Part shown: piece after piece, positions 62,655 through 64,000 of the stretch
How positions within the stretch are numbered: position 1 is the stretch's first letter
Layout: every line of letters begins with the position of its first letter
Assembly: GCA_029981435.1 (NCBI GenBank)
Contig: JARRBB010000005.1
Coordinates: forward strand, 1,934-65,933
Reading direction: 5' to 3'
Origin: Thermotogaceae bacterium
GTDB lineage: Bacteria > Thermotogota > Thermotogae > B21-G9 > HyVt-16
Length of the DNA stretch: 64,000 nt
The notes under the pieces: model-generated
What the model saw: only the letters and a program-made list of their open reading frames with translations
Told to the model about the DNA's origin: nothing
Database searches by the model: none
Position numbers and translations under genes: made by a program

Positions 62655-62682
62655 AAAAGCCCCAGAGGATTCTCTGGGGCTT
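62654..62682. terminator. Intrinsic terminator between convergent genes (U-tract on the minus strand)
   Basis: AAAAAGCCCCAGAG-GATT-CTCTGGGGCTT. Confidence 0.85.
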
Positions 62683-62699
62683 AAAGTTAAATAACTTCT

Positions 62700-63053
62700 T
62701 TATTGTTCTTCGTCTTCATAGTCTTCTTCTAATTCTTCTTCATCCAATTCCTCATCCAAGAAGACTTCATTTGACATCTGCTCCCAGATCTTTGAAACTC
62801 TCTGCAGTTCTTCTTCACTTACCGAGTCCAGCATCTGAGAACCATCTTCATCTTCATAACTTCTGAAAAGGTATATATCTCCTTCTGAAGTTATTTCGTT
62901 GCTCGATTCGTCAAATTCAACATTTTCACAGACCCAGTAATTGTTTCCTGAATCTTCAATTTCAGCGAGTAAAACAAAAAAATGCTCTTTTCCATCTTCA
63001 TCTCTTAAGGCAAAGACATCAACATGTTCATGTTCATGATCGTGTTCGTGCAT
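62700..63053 (-). CDS. DUF1292-like acidic protein
   Basis: L.DEDG.E..F..L..IE..G..Y pattern. ATG 63053 follows GGGAGG; the track start at 63152 is too long. Confidence 0.75.
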   Translation of the reverse strand: MHEHDHEHEHVDVFALRDEDGKEHFFVLLAEIEDSGNNYWVCENVEFDESSNEITSEGDIYLFRSYEDEDGSQMLDSVSEEELQRVSKIWEQMSNEVFLDEELDEEELEEDYEDEEQ

Positions 63054-63087
63054 AATAAAACCTCCCAAAAAATTAATTAGCTGAAAT

Positions 63088-63116
63088 AGTTTACTACATT
63101 TTTTTAGATTGGTCAA
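63088..63116 (-). promoter_or_regulatory. Sigma70-type promoter of the DUF1292-like gene
   Basis: TTGACC-17 nt-TAAACT on the minus strand. Confidence 0.65.
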
Positions 63117-63175
63117 ACATAGATTTTTTTTATTGAATAATTTACTTTTCATTTCCAGGAAAATCGTAAGGATAA

Positions 63176-63811
63176 CTACAGGTCAGCCATTTTCACAGCT
63201 TTTAACCAGGCTCTTGCAATCAAAGCATGCCCGGCTGGAGTTGGATGTACACCATCATAGAGCCAGTATGAAGGCCCTTTGATGGTTGAAGCTTGAGCAA
63301 ACAAACCATCAAGAGGTACAAAAACTGCTTTGAATTCTCTTGAAAGTTTTCTAACTACCTGAATCTTGGGATCAAGGTCTTCACGCCATCTTTCCTGATC
63401 AGGAAATACGGTTAATAGAAAAGGTTCACAAATTATAAGTCTTATGTTTGGGTTTTCATCCAGAGTCTTTTGAAGAATATGTCTGTAATCTCTTTCGAAA
63501 TCTTCAACACTTACCGGGTCGTTACTGTCGTATCTTCGCCATGTATCGTTTATACCTATCAATATTGATAAAACATTTGGATTCAGAGAAAGACAATCTT
63601 CAAACCATCTGTTTTTCAAATCCTTAACGCGATCCCCACTTATTCCCCTATTGAGAAACTTGAAATTCATTTCTGGGTGCGATGATAGTAAAAAAGCAGA
63701 GATCAAATAAGGATAACCTGTCCCCATGTCTTCAAAATCATCCCTGTTTCGCCCACAATCTGTTATGCTGTCACCCTGAAACAGTATCCAGTCGTTTTTT
63801 CTAAGAAGCAT
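63176..63811 (-). CDS. SGNH/GDSL hydrolase
   Basis: FQGDSITD, NRGISG, IGINDTW, DGVHP. Confidence 0.93.
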   Translation of the reverse strand: MLLRKNDWILFQGDSITDCGRNRDDFEDMGTGYPYLISAFLLSSHPEMNFKFLNRGISGDRVKDLKNRWFEDCLSLNPNVLSILIGINDTWRRYDSNDPVSVEDFERDYRHILQKTLDENPNIRLIICEPFLLTVFPDQERWREDLDPKIQVVRKLSREFKAVFVPLDGLFAQASTIKGPSYWLYDGVHPTPAGHALIARAWLKAVKMADL

Positions 63812-63837
63812 TCTATCCCCTTCTTCAGTTTTTACAT

Positions 63838-63866
63838 ATTATAAGACACTTCGAGAAAAATCGCAA
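63838..63866 (-). promoter_or_regulatory. Sigma70-type promoter of the SGNH gene
   Basis: TTGCGA-17 nt-TATAAT on the minus strand. Confidence 0.7.
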
Positions 63867-63909
63867 CCTGAGCCTTTATCGTAAAATTGCAAATAAGATT
63901 CCACTTTCT

Positions 63910-64000
63910 GTGAACTACCACACCTTACAGAAGGTGTGGCTTCCTGCTTCATCCCATGGTGACTCGTAGACCAGAAGAATTTTCCTTCCGTTCCGCCGTC
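63910..64000 (-). mobile_element. Right end of an IS200/IS605-family element (tnpB 3' tail / omegaRNA scaffold), truncated by the window
   Basis: Minus strand ...GAAGCAGGAAG-CCACACCTT-CTGT-AAGGTGTGG-TAG-TTCAC: subterminal 9-bp hairpin, GAAG guide and TCAC end. Higher GC than the flank. Open frame GGT..STSH..MKQEA resembles TnpB C-termini. Confidence 0.75.

Noticed and set aside
63054-63152. N-terminal extension of the DUF1292-like ORF given by the track
   Set aside because: It spans the gene's own promoter and SD. ATG 63053 is the better start.
63890-63909. Idea that the TnpB guide targets the nearby flagellar genes (TldR-like repression)
   Set aside because: By eye I found no match to AGAAAGTGGAATC on either strand elsewhere in the window. 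A genome-wide search is still needed.
1-64000. The many 60-200 aa ORFs antisense to or nested in recognised genes (e.g. 9432-9710, 31651-32073, 50857-51270, 55375-55839, 60700-61296)
   Set aside because: They overlap confidently identified genes almost entirely and show no recognisable motifs. They are typical shadow ORFs.
1-64000. CRISPR arrays, tRNA/rRNA genes, prophage, defence islands
   Set aside because: I saw no regularly spaced repeats, cloverleaf motifs or rRNA-like sequence. Intergenic gaps are short and the gene content is housekeeping.

Overview
A 64 kb stretch of core bacterial chromosome, AT-rich and almost certainly Thermotogota. Evidence for the lineage is the insert in uL4, the N-terminal extension of uL22, a T. 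maritima-like BglA, the split MetH and the rplQ-rho linkage. From left to right it holds: the 3' end of an M3 oligoendopeptidase, an MFS permease, a glycerate kinase-RseC-SF1 helicase operon, an ABC-2 exporter, pduL, a 1311-aa membrane-anchored FN3/beta-helix/vWA protein with a small partner, bglA, a CsoR-family regulator-trmI-ctpA cluster, proS, the complete str-S10-spc-alpha ribosomal cluster (including rpmJ, which the ORF track missed), rho, a DRG-like GTPase, a MetH lacking its reactivation domain, a flagellar export/chemotaxis cluster (fliQ to fliA), mfd, mnmE, two minus-strand genes, and the right end of an IS200/IS605-family element at the window edge. I saw no rRNA, tRNA or CRISPR array. 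The most unusual signals are translational RNA elements. (1) rplE and rpoA, 8 kb apart, share the same leader geometry: GGAGGTGAA, a 7-bp CCYGGYY/GGYCGGG stem, 7 nt, then ATG, so a hairpin sits between the Shine-Dalgarno and the start codon. (2) The tuf-rpsJ spacer can form two mutually exclusive hairpins, one of which hides the rpsJ RBS. (3) The conserved N-terminus of flhB has no ATG/GTG/TTG and appears to start at an ATT codon. All family assignments come from motif recognition by eye; no database search was run.
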